From positions 11,346,001 to 11,410,000 of the forward strand of contig OZ024750.1 in the NCBI GenBank assembly GCA_964016885.1: 64,000 bases of DNA, given 5' to 3'. Numbering within the stretch: position 1 is the first letter of the stretch; every line of letters begins with the position of its first letter. The stretch comes from Eledone cirrhosa. Taxonomy: Eukaryota. The notes under the pieces are model-generated. The model saw only the letters and a list, made by a program, of their open reading frames with translations. It ran no database searches and was not told the DNA's origin. Below are positions 47,023-61,044 of this stretch, in pieces. Position numbers and translations under genes: made by a program.

Positions 47023-47405
47023 ACCAGTAATACACTGGGGTAATTGCTGTCCTTGTGTCAAAAGTAGAAATAATAATTATCCCTTTACGGACTGAGTTCA
47101 AATCCCGCCGAGGTTAACTTTACCTTTCATCCTTACGGGGTCGATAAAATAAAGTACCAGTAATACACTGGTATAATTGCTGGCCTTGTGCCAAAATAGA
47201 AACAATTATTATTATTGGTGGTGGATTATTATTATTATTATATATGGCGGTGGATTGGTAGTATCGGTAGAGGGTCGGACGCCAGGCTTTGACGCATAGA
47301 GTTACGGCCCTTGCCATTCTGAGTTCAAATCCCGCCGAGGTTAACTTTGCCTTTCATCCTTACGGGGTCGATGCTGGCCTTGTGCCAATAGTAGAAACAA
47401 TTATT
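47023..47405 (+). mobile_element. Head-to-tail cluster of SINE A copies
   Basis: Tail 47023-47075, 3' half ~47080-47212, internally deleted full copy 47246-47405; a further tail at ~47555-47582. Confidence 0.85.
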
Positions 47406-48510
47406 ATACACTATTATATACACACTATTATATACAGACCATTATATACACCAATATACACATATCATTATATATACACCATTATATACACACCATTATG
47501 TATACACCATTATATATCTAATCAAATCTAATCATTGATCATCTGCAAAGCCGCATTGTGCCAAAAAGTAGAAACAATTATTGTTAATGTGTGTGTCTGT
47601 GTGTGTGTGTGTATTTGTGTATGTGTGTGGATGTGTGTGTGGATGTATGTGTATATGTGTTAATGTGTATGTGTATATGTGTGAATGTGTATGTGTGTAT
47701 GTGAGTGTGTATGTGTGTGTATGTATGTGTATGTCTGTGTGTATGAGTGTGGATGTGAGTGTATGTGTTTAAGTGTGTTTGTGTGTGCATGTCTGTGTGC
47801 GTATTTGTGTGTGTGTATGTATGTGTGTATGTGAGTATGTATGTGTGTGAGTGTGTATGCATGTGTGTGTCTGTGTTTGTGTATGTGAGTGTGTGTATGT
47901 GTATGTATATGCGTGTGTATGTGTGAATGTGTGTATGTATGTGTGTGTATTTGTATGAGTGTGTATGGGTGCATGTGTGTGTGTATCTGTATGTGTGTGT
48001 ATGTATGTGAGTGTGTATATGTGAGTGTGTGTTTATTTAAAAAAAAGTCGTGTTGTATATTTTCTTTTGTTTTGTTTTTTTGTTGTTTTTTTTAAATCAT
48101 GTTCTGGTTGTTATAGCTGCCATTGATGATAGTGGTGGTGGTGGTGGTGGTGTGATGATGATGGTGATGATGGTGGTGGTAGTGGTGGTGGTGGTGATGG
48201 TGTGATGATGATGATGGTGATGATGGTGGTGGTGGTGGTAGTGCTGGTGGTGGTGGTGGTGGTGTCATGATGATGGTGATGATGGTGGTGGTGGTGGTGG
48301 TGGTGTGATGATGATGGTGGTGGTGGTGGTGTTGGTGGTTGTAGTGCTGGTGGGGTGTGGTGGTGGTGGTGGTGATGGTGTGATGATGATGATGGCGGTG
48401 GTGGTGGTGGTGGTGATGGTGATGACATGATGTGACGATGATTGTGGTGGTGGTGGTGGTGCTGGTGCTGGTGGTGGTGGTGATGTCATAATATGATGAT
48501 TATGACGGTA

Positions 48511-48546
<36 letters not shown>

Positions 48547-48795
48547 ATGATGATGATGATGATGATCTCTTCTGACAGTTCATGCTTAAAGGTGTATATT
48601 TCACATTTAATTTTTATCTATGGCGCCTCATGAACTCTTCAATGAAAATGAAAATGTTACTCATTTATTATTTTTCACTTTTCTTTCAAGAAAATTTAAT
48701 TAAATATACCTTACATGAAGTCTGATTCATTTAGTTTATATATCTTCCTCTGCATGTCTCTCGTTGTTTATATGTATATGTGTGCTACATATGTT

Positions 48796-48869
<74 letters not shown>

Positions 48870-48918
48870 CACACACAGATACACACACACACGCATATAT
48901 ATGTACACACAAGTATAC

Positions 48919-48962
<44 letters not shown>

Positions 48963-48965
<3 letters not shown>

Positions 48966-49051
48966 GTTTTAATATAGATGAGATTCTACAGGACTAGAAC
49001 TGTTTCATTCTTACTTACTGTGGTTACCTCCGATTCAACCCGGAATAACGT
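48963..49051. mobile_element. Family P1 minimal head-to-head chimera
   Basis: agttttaatatagatg...gtttcattc joined to ttacttactgtggttacc...ggaataacg. Confidence 0.75.
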
Positions 49052-49378
49052 GTATATACACATAGATAGATATATAGATAGATAGAATAGATAGATAGAT
49101 ATACTTATATATATACATACATACACATACATGCACACACATATGTACACACATATATATATACATACATATATATATATATATACATACATATATATAT
49201 ATACACACATAGCTATACTTATATATATAGAGAGAGATAGATAGACTTATATATATATACTTATATATATATATACATACATACACATACATACACACAC
49301 GCGCATATATGTATACACAAGTATGCATATACATATATATACACACACGCATATATGTACACGCAAGTATACATATAC

Positions 49379-49414
<36 letters not shown>

Positions 49415-49443
49415 GCGCATATATGTACACACAAGTATACATA

Positions 49444-49528
<85 letters not shown>

Positions 49529-49637
49529 ATATATACATATATAGAGAGAGATATATAGATATACATATATATATATATATATACTTATATATATACATAC
49601 ACACACATATATATATAAGACTCTAAATTTATGTAGC

Positions 49638-49709
<72 letters not shown>

Positions 49710-49710
<1 letters not shown>

Positions 49711-49889
49711 GTTATTCCGGGTTGAATCGGAGGTAACCATAGTAAGTAAGGTACTCAATACATTGCAGAGTATAAAAGTTTTAATATAGATGAGATTCTA
49801 CAGGACTAGAACTGTTTCATTCTTTAGAAATCATCAGGATTCCTGAATATTTCGAAAGAATGAAACAGTTCTAGTCCTGTAGAATCTCA

Positions 49890-49898
<9 letters not shown>
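49710..49898. mobile_element. Family P1 fold-back copy
   Basis: Same tail and inverted arms as 6946-7149; (TA)n flanks. Confidence 0.8.
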
Positions 49899-49938
<40 letters not shown>

Positions 49939-50364
49939 TCTCAAAATGTGTTCGACTTAAAACAACATCACAGTTTCTAAACGAATCATCACAAAATATG
50001 GCACACGAGTAAAAAATCTATACGAGACTTTACGAGAGAAAAGTTTTTTTTTAAATCTGATATTTCGATGTCATGAAACAAGTAGATTTTATAAATAAAA
50101 TGAAAAAAAAACTAATGAAGAAAGAATGACGTTCTATTGGAGTGAGAGTGGGAGAGGCAATGGAAGGGAGACGAGACAGCAGACGAGGTGAAGTAAATGT
50201 CACACTGCATGCTGCAGGATATCTCTCGCTACGCCTCGTTCTATTTCCTACCTTCCCTCACTTGCTCTCTTTCACGCATATACTATCAATCATTTAATTC
50301 AGGTGAAAATGTGCAGGAATATTATATATAGGTTGGCAGTATCGGTAGAGGGTAGGACGCCATG

Positions 50365-50658
50365 ATCGGCCACCTTCCTGGTGGCAAGGTTGTAAAAGAA
50401 AAGAAATTGTCATCCCTTGAATCACAAGAATGCTTTGCAAATTTTGAAGGTGCCAGCTATCGCAGCCATTTGTAGTCTATGAATTAGGGAGCTGCGTTCT
50501 TTGTCCACAAATCCAAGTTCAGTTTTAATTTGGTCCAAGCGGGTTGGTATATAACCTGTAGCTCCAATATGGATGGATATGAAGCTGAAAGTGTATCTTG
50601 GATACTGGATCTGCAAACTCCTCATCAATAGCCCGTAGATGTCCTCCTTCTCTTGTAT
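50365..50658 (-). mobile_element. 3' end of an R4/Dong- or NeSL-like RLE non-LTR element
   Basis: EKEDIYGLLMRSLQIQYPRYTFSFISIHIGATGYIP...LQMAAIAGTFKICKAFL* fits the EK..Y / IG(A)xG.IP / LQ..A..GT C-terminal pattern. Confidence 0.7.
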
Positions 50659-50702
50659 TTATGTATGTATGTATGTATGCATGTATAAATGTATGTATAG
50701 AA

Positions 50703-50917
50703 GGCGTGTGGCTGATTGGTTAGAGAACTAGATTCACAATCGTGAGGTTGTGAGTTCGTTTCCTGGACCGGGCTATGCGTTATGTCCTTGAGCAAGACAC
50801 TTTATTTCACGTTGCTCCTTCTACCTGGAGTTGCGACCGATAGATAGTATTAGCAATTGAAAAGACCAACGGAAACATCGTTTCCTTGGTCCGATTTGAC
50901 GAAAGTCGATCGACTCC

Positions 50918-50918
<1 letters not shown>
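50703..50918 (+). mobile_element. CORE-type SINE family C, full length, inside (TATG)n
   Basis: tRNA head, gtccttgagcaagacacttt, 3' ggtccgatttgacgaaagtcgatcgac. Confidence 0.85.
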
Positions 50919-50948
<30 letters not shown>

Positions 50949-50993
50949 TGTATGTATGTATGTATGTATGTATGTATGTATGTATGTATGTAT

Positions 50994-51548
50994 GGGTCGG
51001 GTCGATGGCGACTAAACTGGCAACCCCACCAAGGTTTCTTGGTGAGGAGGGTGACTTTGGACATCCTGCAGGACTAAAAACAAAATCTGTCAAAGGGTAA
51101 AGGAGCTCTTAAGAGTTAATGGCCATCCAAAATCACCGGGAGAGATGACCCCTTAGCCTTTGTCAAGGCAAAATTCTAGGAGAAGGAAAACTCTGATATA
51201 ACACCTGCAACCCTGATGGTATCTAATGATGTTGACTTGTTTTTCTTTTTAGTAAATATCATCTTGTTTAAGAGAGCGGATGTGGCTTTGTGCAGTGCCT
51301 TTGCTCATTATAAAAGCTTCATGGCACAAGCATTGCTTTATATCTGGAGATCTATCTGCACTTGTCGTCACATGGTACCATGGGCCCAGCACTATGTGTC
51401 AATAATTGTCACAGGTGCAGTGTTTGTACCAGAGTTTTCAAGTCACTGGCTGGACTAAAAAGACACACTCGTACAGCGCATCGGTAGGGGTTCTCCTACA
51501 TGGATATAAAGTAGTGGCCGTACTCGAAAACGAGTTGGCAGCCACCAT
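50994..51548 (+). mobile_element. Probable internally deleted RTE derivative (5' UTR-like part plus C2H2-ended 3' part)
   Basis: ctaggagaaggaaaactctga RTE 5'-UTR-like motif; CSVCTRVFKSLAGLKRHTRTAHR* at 51416-51487. Confidence 0.55.
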
Positions 51549-52194
51549 ATATATGTATGTATGTGTGTATGTAAGTGTGTAAGGTGGATATAGAGCGTTT
51601 GATATTTATTCCAGTTCTTTAAGTTCAAATACAGCGCAGGCCTACTTTGCCTTTCTGGGTCGATAAAATATATATTAGCCAAATACTAAGACAGCACTCA
51701 CTATTTCTAAGCAGCTGTCACATTCCGGATGTTCTGTTAAATCACATGAGGAGTTATCGTGAGTATGTCTATCTCTTCATGACTGCACAGGCACCTAAAA
51801 CACTTAACAAAACCATAGTATCATACATACTACTAAGCCATATTCCATTGCATGTGGCTAGTGTAGTATATATGTGTAACTACGTAGACATTTCTTATTT
51901 TGTTTTTATTTTTGAATGTTAGTAGCTTAATGGATAAGTTTATTGGAAAGTCTTTGAAATGTCCGACTTGTGTTTACAGAGGAATTTCAGCTTTAAACGC
52001 ATTGATTCCATTGTTTGGCCAATCGTTATATTTTTCAAGTAGAAAAATTAATATACAAACAATCATTAAAAAAATATGATGATGAAAAAAACCTGTATTT
52101 ATTTTTTCATTAGGCAGTTCAAATACTTCTTATTGTCTAATGTGGTTGCGGCTTTAACATCAATGGGTAGCATTGATTTGGGTAGTTTTGTTGT

Positions 52195-52938
52195 TGTTGG
52201 TGGTGGTGGTGGTGGTGGTGGTGGTGGTGATCGAGGTGGTGGTGGTGGTGGTGATGGTGGTGATGGTGGTGGTGGTGATGGTGGTGGTGGTGGTGGTGAT
52301 GGTGGTGGTGGTGGTGGTGGTGGTGGTGGTGGTGATCGAGGTGGTGGTGGTGGTGGTGGTGGTGGAGGTGGTGGTGGTGGTGGTGGCGGCGGCGGCGGTG
52401 GTAGTGGTGGTGGTGGTGATGGTGGTGGTGGTGGTGGTGGTGGCGGCGGCGGCGGTGGTAGTGGTGGTGGTGGTGATGGTGGTGGTGGTGGTGGTGGTGG
52501 CGGCGGCGGCGGTGGTAGTGGTGGTGGTGGTGATGGTGGTGGTGGTGGTGGTGGTGGTGGTGGTGGTGGTGGTGATCGATGTGGTGGTGGTGGTGGTGGT
52601 GGTGATCGTGGTGGTGGTGGTGATCGATGTGGCGGTGGTAGTGGTGGTGGTGGTGGTGGTGGTGGTGGTGGTGATCGTGGTGGTGGTGGTGGTGGTGGTG
52701 ATGGTGGTGGTGGTGGTGATCGTGGTGGTGGTGGTGATCGATGTGGTGGTGGTGGTGGCGGTGGTGGTGGTGGTGGTGGTGGTGATCGATGTGGTGGCGG
52801 TGGTGATGGTGGTGGTGATGGTGGCGATTGTGGTAGTGGTGATGATGAAGATTATGGTGATGATGGTGATGGCGATGTAGTGATGGTGGCGATGGTGGTG
52901 GTGATGGTGATGGTGCTGGTTATGATGATGGTGATGGT
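52195..52938. repeat. (GGT)n tract
   Basis: Direct inspection. Confidence 0.9.
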
Positions 52939-53189
52939 TTATTTATTATTGCAATAATGCCTGTAGTGATAATATGATGCACGGAACAGGTGTTTGAGAA
53001 AGAAGATACACCTGTCTGTGTGTGTGTCTTCCTTTGTGTATGTGTGTATGTGTGTGTATGTGTGCGTATATGTGTATTAATGTGTGTATGTGTGTTCCTG
53101 TGTGTGCGCGTGTATGTGTGTACCGCTGTGTATGTGTGTTCCTATGTTCCTGTGTATGTGTGTACCTGTGTGCGTGTGGGTGTTACCCT

Positions 53190-53256
53190 GTATGTGTCTT
53201 CCTCTGTATATGTGTGTATGTGTGTATGTGCGTTCCTGTGTGTGTATGTCTTCCTC

Positions 53257-53306
<50 letters not shown>

Positions 53307-53955
53307 TTTCTCTTTGTATGTATGTGTGTGTGTATGTCTTCCTCTTTGTATGTATGCGTGTGTGGGTGTCTTCCTCATTGTATGTATGCGTGTGTGTGTG
53401 TCTTCCTCTTTGTATGTATGTGTGGGTGTATGTCTTCCTCTTTGTATGTATGTGTGTGTGTGTGTGTCTTCCTCATTGTATGTATGTGTGTGTATGTATG
53501 TCTTCCTCATTGTATGTATGTGTGGGTGTATGTCTTCCTCTTTGTATGTATGTGTGTGTGTGTGTGTCTTCCTCATTGTATGTATGCGTGTGTGTGTGTC
53601 TTCCTCTTTGTATGTGTGGGTGTATGTCTTCCTCTTTGTATGTATGTGTGTGTGTGTGTCTTCCTCTTTGTATGTATGTGTGTGTGTATGTCTTCCTCAT
53701 TGTATGTATGTGTGTGTGTATGTCTTCCTCTTTGTATGTATGTGTGTGTGTATGTCTTCCTCTTTGTATGTATGTGTGTGTGTGTGTCTTCCTCATTGTA
53801 TGTATGTGTGTGTGTATGTCTTCCTCTTTGTATGTATGTGTGTGTGTGTGTGTATGTCTTCCTCTTTGTATGTATGTGTGTGTGTGTGTGTGTGTATGTC
53901 TTCCTCTTTGTATGTATGTGTGTGTATGTCTTCCTCATTGTATGTATGTGTGTGT
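53190..53955. repeat. Compound minisatellite tcttcctc(t/a)ttgtatgtatg(tg)n, ~30-bp unit
   Basis: Direct inspection. Confidence 0.85.
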
Positions 53956-54174
53956 ATGCTTTGCTGTTTGTGTTTATACAGAATACAGTGCCTGTGTTTA
54001 TATGCTAAGTATGTCTAAAAAAGATGTCGGCTGTTACTAATTTACTCCTTTAGAATAAAAGCATTTTTTTTTTCATAATGGCTCTGGAAAGAATGACGTT
54101 AGATTTTAAAGTTTCTATAAATACAATAACAAAAGGAAAAATACGAAAATAACTAAATATATAAGGTCCTTTTA

Positions 54175-55220
54175 CTACCAACACCAACACTATCTCCTCC
54201 GCCACCACCTATATCCCCAACACTACTTCCGACACTACCACCAACATCAACACTATCTCCTCCACCACCAACATTAACGCTTCCTCCGACACCACCAACA
54301 TCGATACTACCTCCTCCACCATCACCACCTACACTAACTCTTTCACCACCAACACACTTCCTCCCCACCACCACCACCACAACCACCACCACCAACACCA
54401 CAGCAGCAGCACCACAAACACACCTCCACCACCACCTCCACCCTCACCAACACCACCACCACCACCACCACCAACACACCTCCTCCTCCACCACCAACAC
54501 ACTTCCTCCACTACCAACACCACAGCACCACCACAAACACACCTCTACCACCACCACCAACACACTTCCTCCCCACCAACACCACAGCACCGCCACCAAC
54601 ACACCTCCTCCACCCTCACCAACACCACCAACACACCTCCTCCACCCTCACCAACACCACCACCACCACTACCAACACCACAGCACCACCACCAACACAC
54701 CTCCTCCACCACCACCAACACACTTCCTCCACTACCAACACCACAGCACCACCACCAACACACCTCCTCCACCACCACCAACACACTTCCTCCACTACCA
54801 ACACCACAGCACCACCACCAACACACCTCCTCCACCACCACAAACACATCTCTTCCACCACCACCAACACACTTCCTCCACTACCAACACCACAGCACCA
54901 CCACAAACACACCTCCACCACCGCCAACACACCTCCTCCACCACCACCAACACATCTCTTCCACCACCACCAACACACTTCCTCCACTACCAACACCACA
55001 GCACCACAGCACCACCACCAACAGACCTCCTCCACCACGACAAACACATCTCTTCCACCACCACCAACACACTTCCTCCACTACCAACACCACAGCACCA
55101 CCACAAACACACCTCCACCACCGCCAACACACCTCCTCCACCACCACCAACACACTTCCTCCACTACCAACACCACAGCACCACCACCACCACCAACACA
55201 CCTCCTCCACCACCACCGCT
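54175..55220. repeat. (CCA)-derived compound minisatellite with higher-order units
   Basis: Recurring acacacttcctccactaccaacaccacagcaccacc. Confidence 0.85.
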
Positions 55221-55544
55221 ACCAGTAATACTAAAACAGTAATTACAACAGCAATAATGGTAACAGTTTGACATCATATATCTTGAGGAATTGTTGGTAC
55301 CAAGAGATTTTCATAGATTATTACCATGTAGTTATTTATGTTTGAATTTCAGGAAATATGAGTGAGTCGAAGAAGCCCACCTGGATTGTACACATAATGA
55401 AGTTTGTAGTTATTGTTTACACATACAGATAAAAATGGCGACAGTATGATGTGTTATTGGACGACTAATTGAAGAAATGTTACTTCGAAATCTCCCTTTT
55501 GTGTTCTTTTTCTTTATAATTCCATTATTAGACATATATAATGT

Positions 55545-55742
55545 GGTTAGTGGCTCGGTGTTTAGAGAATTGCGAGTTCGATTCCCGTACCGAGCATTGC
55601 GTTAAGTAATTTAGCAAGAAATGCATATTATTTCACGTCACTCTTTCTGTAAAGAGTTGTGACTGGTAAATAGTATCAACAATGGAAGTACCATTAGAAA
55701 TATTGTTTCTTTGGACTTATTTGACGAGTTCAACCCGACTCG
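55545..55742 (+). mobile_element. Old family C SINE
   Basis: tggctcggtgtttagag...gagttcgattccc...atttgacgagttcaacccgact. Confidence 0.65.
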
Positions 55743-56148
55743 GTAAGCGATTGGGGTCTGGGATCTTGTCGATTGATTTTTAAAAACAAATTAATTATGG
55801 TTGCAGGTGTGTTTGTGTCTATGTTTAGTGTACATTTACTGTACTAGTAGGACTATGCATACGTTCTACCTATGAGTCAAATTTATTGCTTTCTTGTTTT
55901 TCTAAAGATAGTTTCCTGTCAAAAAACATGTCCTTCGTTTGGGAATTATAAACAAAAACAGTCTGCCACCAAAGACTATAATATTATTAGATCACTGTGA
56001 TGTAACATTATTGTTATTTCTACGTTGGGACAACTACATTACAAATTTTCCCAATTCTTCTTATATAAACATATATGTATGTGTGTGTATGTGTGTGTAT
56101 GTGAAAACGATCGAAGGTGTATCGGTCCTATTCGATAGCTTCGTTTCA

Positions 56149-56239
<91 letters not shown>

Positions 56240-57059
56240 TGCATACATACATTACATAAACTAACCTATGTACGGGTTAGTCTTTGGCTTTGTGTCTCGG
56301 GATGGACAACACGTGTATCTGAAGTTGGCATTAACAAACACACTACCTGTCTTCTTGTTTTTATGATTAATGACCAAAGCAATTAGTGTTCAACAAAACC
56401 CTCACTTAACTTCTTGAACTTGTAACATTTCGGAATGTCTCTGAAGACTCTGAGGATTTCTTTTATCGATAGATTAGTTTATCGAAGCCAATCTAATAAT
56501 TAGCTCTCTTGATTCGATTTCAGAGACAATGTTGGTGCCAATATAATATATTTCCCGAAACGGAGAACAAAAAGAATCGTATTTGTGAAAGAAGCAATAC
56601 TCTGTTATTTATGCATGTCGATGTTACAGTGGTGACGCCGTGATGCTCCAGTACTTTTACTGTAATAGAGGGGTGGTATAGCAGTGAATTTATAACGAAA
56701 CAGAATTGTGGGTTTAACTGTGATGAATTGAGAGTAAAAAAGAGTTCTCAATCTCACTTGAAGACAACATGACATGTGCAATTCTTTACAGTTTCGTCAA
56801 TATTCTCTTTTTTGTTTGATAAAGAACAAGTATAGGGACTCGACGAAGAAGGAAAAACAAGCGTTCATTCAGCTAAGATGTATTTTCAAATGTTACTGAT
56901 TGTCTTCTCTTTGTCTTCTTCTTCGCCTACTTATTTCTGAGAGCATCAGGGAGGCAGAGTCCTCGAACACTCTTTCGACCGTTTCTAATTGATTCGGCTG
57001 GATCCCTAAGCGAGATTAACCGAGCTCATGGATGTTATCCAATCATCAACCAACAGGAA

Positions 57060-57440
57060 GGAACCCTTGGGTTCCTTCCTGTTGGTTGAGCCTGTAAAAT
57101 CTACCCAGTGATTCTTTTCTGGGACATTCTAACCCCATTTGTACCGAGAAAGTTGCCCTCCGAGGCTCAGGTCTGGTCAAAGTTGTTTGTGGAAGACCAA
57201 CAGTTGCCCATGCATACCAGTCTCTCCTCTCTCCATGCCACCAATGATGTCCAGGAGAAAGGCAATGGCCCATGCAACATGGCACCAGTGATGTCGCAGC
57301 TCATTTCTACAGCTGAGTGAACTGGAACAACGTAAAATAAAGTGTCTTGCTAAAGGATACAACACACCACTCGGTCAGAAAATTGAACTCACCACCTCAC
57401 GATTGCAAGCCCTACGCTCTAACCACTAAGCCATAGGCCT
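57060..57440 (-). mobile_element. CORE-type SINE with a different, longer 3' tail
   Basis: Head ggcctatggcttagtggttagagc, tcctttagcaagacactttatttt, then a tail unrelated to family C. Confidence 0.65.
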
Positions 57441-58356
57441 TCAGTATATACTTCCTTCAAAATGACAATAAACTCAAGAGACAAGAATGGATTGGAAAGA
57501 AATGACCAACACCGATCTGATATATGAAGTCTTTTGCTTTGTAGGTAGGGAATTTTTCACAGAATTGTGACATTCCAATAATAGCCTTTGACATCTATCT
57601 TGACAACCTATCAGATGTCACTGCAATAGAAGCAAACTGTTGCAAAAGACATATTTTAGTGTCAGAAAGTTAGAAAGTTCTGAGCAGCTGGTGTATGTCA
57701 GGTTTATTTGTTGATGGTTGGAGAAACTAACAATACGCAAGCACTCAAATAATGACGTCAATCTATAAAACTATTTATATAGTTTCATGAATTCCAGCAT
57801 ACTTATAAAGCCGTGGATTATCTTCTGTTATGCTAAAGAGGGTGCTGTAATTGAATCGACCCCAGTGCCTTACTGATACTTTATTTTATCGACCCCATAT
57901 TGATGAAAGGCTGCTGCTGCTAATGAAACCAATATTACGTATAGCAAAATTAATATGATTAACGAAATAGTTATTTCAGCTACAAAGGGGTACATACGTA
58001 CTCGTGTATTTTTCCAGAATGTCTTGTTATTTATGATATATAAACATTTTATATAAAATTAAATTATATTAGATTATTTTAAAGTCTTTAGCAGGTTGAT
58101 TGATGAATAAAACTAGAAAGTGACAGTCTAATCATTTAATTATCCGATTAGCTTAGTCAAGGAATCATTTTATAAGTCGTGCAGAAAAGGAAGATTTATA
58201 GAATGTCCAGAAGACACAATTAGTAGGTTCTACCGTATATGTTCATCCACTGAAATACAACCGTCTTCATAAATTTCGGCTGCAAGATACGTGTATGTTT
58301 TGGGGGTGTTTGGGAATGTTCTTTCTTTTTTTTATGTGTTGTTCAGAACAAATAAT

Positions 58357-58575
58357 GGTTTCTAATTTAGACACAAGACCAACAATTTTTAGGGGAAGGG
58401 AAAGTTAATTAAATCGGCCCCAGTGCAGTACTGGTAATTTATTTTATCGACCACATAACGATGAAAGGCAAAACTAATCTCGACGGGATTTGAACTCAAA
58501 GCGTAAAGGGTCGTATCTATATATGTTGCAAAGCATATTGTCCTAAGTTCTATCGATACTCCCAATCCACCGCCT
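58357..58575 (-). mobile_element. SINE family A older subfamily with imperfect 14-bp TSD
   Basis: tcagaacaaataat / tcagaataaataat flanks. Confidence 0.75.
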
Positions 58576-59277
58576 TTCTCAGAATAAATAATAATTATTA
58601 TTTCTAAAATAAGCAGGTCACAAATTTCTGGAAGAGGGTTTATTCGATTTAACCAACCCAGTATTTTATTGACTCGGAAGAATGAAAGGCAATGTTTGCC
58701 TCAATGGGAGTTGAAATTAGAATGGTAAGAGCAAGAAGAATAAATTACAGAAAATCTATGCTATCGTCTAAATAAACACATGAAGCACTTGACCTCCTCT
58801 TTGAAATATATTCAAAACATAATTTTTTTTTAAAGTTTTATGAAGGTCAGACTTTGGTAAGTTTGAAACTACTGTTGTAAGGTTCATGCAATAATATCAT
58901 TTTTTTCTTCTCGTTTGGCAGTATTCCAGTGCATCAGTCACTCAAACAACCATAATATTCTTTATACTGCAACTCTATCAAAGTTATGATCAACGGTAAC
59001 GAAAGTAATTTCTGTGAAGCTATCCACAAGGAAGGGACCCCAAGGCTTTAGTTATTCTCTAGTTATTCTTCAATCATGCTATCTTGTTAGATTTAATCTC
59101 TGAATATTATCTTACAATATGCTGATTAAATGTGCATGGGGAGCATTTCTTGGTGCTGAACCATATTTTATCTTTATTAAAAGAACTTTGGAATCGAAAA
59201 TATTGTTATCCTCCTCACCAATACGATTCTTAAAACAGAAGAAATTTCCTACAGCAGTGTTTCAGCGATATGATACG

Positions 59278-59577
<300 letters not shown>

Positions 59578-59596
59578 ATATATATGTATGTATGTA

Positions 59597-59775
59597 CAGG
59601 CTGGGCCAGAATTCATGACTCACTTGATTATTTATAGATCTAATCAAAAAAAGAAAAAAAGAAATAAAAAATCTCTGAGGCATATTAAGAAATAAAATAA
59701 TAAATTAAAACAATACAATAACAATAAACTAAGCATGTTAAGAAATATAACTAACAAGCAAGTCATGAATTCTGG

Positions 59776-59784
<9 letters not shown>
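59597..59784. mobile_element. Tc1/mariner-type MITE, ~30-bp TIRs, TA flanks
   Basis: caggctgggccagaattcatgactcacttg / caagcaagtcatgaattctggcctacccta. Confidence 0.7.
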
Positions 59785-59834
<50 letters not shown>

Positions 59835-59841
<7 letters not shown>

Positions 59842-60146
59842 CACAATCTTGAGGTTGTGAGTTCGAGTCCTGGACCGGGCGATGCGTTATGTCCTTGAGC
59901 AAGACATTTTATTTCACGTTGCTCCTTCTACCTGGAGTTGCGACCGATAGATAGTATTAGCAACTGGAGTTCAAATCCCGCCGAGGTTGACTTTGCCTTT
60001 CATCCTTACGGGGTCGATAAAATAAAGTACCAGTAATGCACTGGGTAATTGCTGGCCTTGTGTCTAAAGTAGAAACAAGTATTAGCAACTGGAAAGACCG
60101 ATGGAAACATTGTTTCCTCGGTCCGATTTGACGAAAGTCGATCGAT
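59835..60146 (+). mobile_element. Family C SINE interrupted by a 5'-truncated SINE A (59969-60077)
   Basis: 16-bp TSD agtattagcaactgga at 59953-59968 and 60078-60093. Confidence 0.9.
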
Positions 60147-60300
60147 AAAAATATATATATAGGAAAAGAGTCAGGGCCCCCACGGCTGAGGTCCGGCCGT
60201 TTCGACAGCTAGATCCGAACTCACTCTACTACTAGTATCGAGTACTCTGGTGGGTTATAGTCCACCTGGTTTCTTACCACACTTTCTTTGTTGTTTATAT

Positions 60301-60338
<38 letters not shown>

Positions 60339-60914
60339 CATCATCATCATCATCATCATCATCAACGTTTAACGTCCGTGTTCCACGCTTGCATGGGTTT
60401 GGACGGGGGTAGTCCCACTTGAGGCAAGAGTGATTGTCTTGCTCGCATAGGACTGTCTGGCAGGTTTTCTACAGTTGGATGCCCTTCCTAACACCAACCA
60501 CATTTACAGTGTGGGTCTGGGAGGTTTTTACCGTGTTGCCTACACGGCCACATTACAGCGTGGACTGTGTGTTTTTTTGTCGTGACACCTACACGATCTC
60601 ATTTGTTTCGGCCTGGATGGTGTGGCACCAACATAACTTTACATAGAACGGGGTGGTGTGGATGGGGTAGGGAGGGGGATATTTTGTTAGAGATGCCTAC
60701 TGGCTGTAGTAGGTTTTACTATGTATTTAGGTAAGGCGGGTCTTCTCTGTTACTGAGTACCGCCAAAGGTCTCGGTCCAGTGACATTGTCTTGGAGAGGT
60801 GTAAGTGTGTGAGGTCGGAGTTTATCAGCTCGTCCCAGGTTTTTCTAGGTCTGCCTATTCCGTGGCTACCGTCTATCTTTATTGCCCTGCACTTTGTTAT
60901 ACAGCTATCGACTT
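60339..60914 (-). mobile_element. 5'-truncated RTE-clade LINE 3' end with (GAT)n tail
   Basis: DSCITKCRAIKIDGSHGIGRPRKTWDELINSDL...DRDLWRYSVTEKTRLT* (stop 60727-60729); (TA)n at both ends. Confidence 0.8.
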
Positions 60915-61044
60915 ATATATATATATATATATACATATAATTCAGCAGAGACTGTGTAACTCCCTATCGAAACTCGGACTCATAGCACGACATCAACTGA
61001 ATCCAAATATTTATTTTAATGTGTCTCAGTTGTTCATTTGCTAT

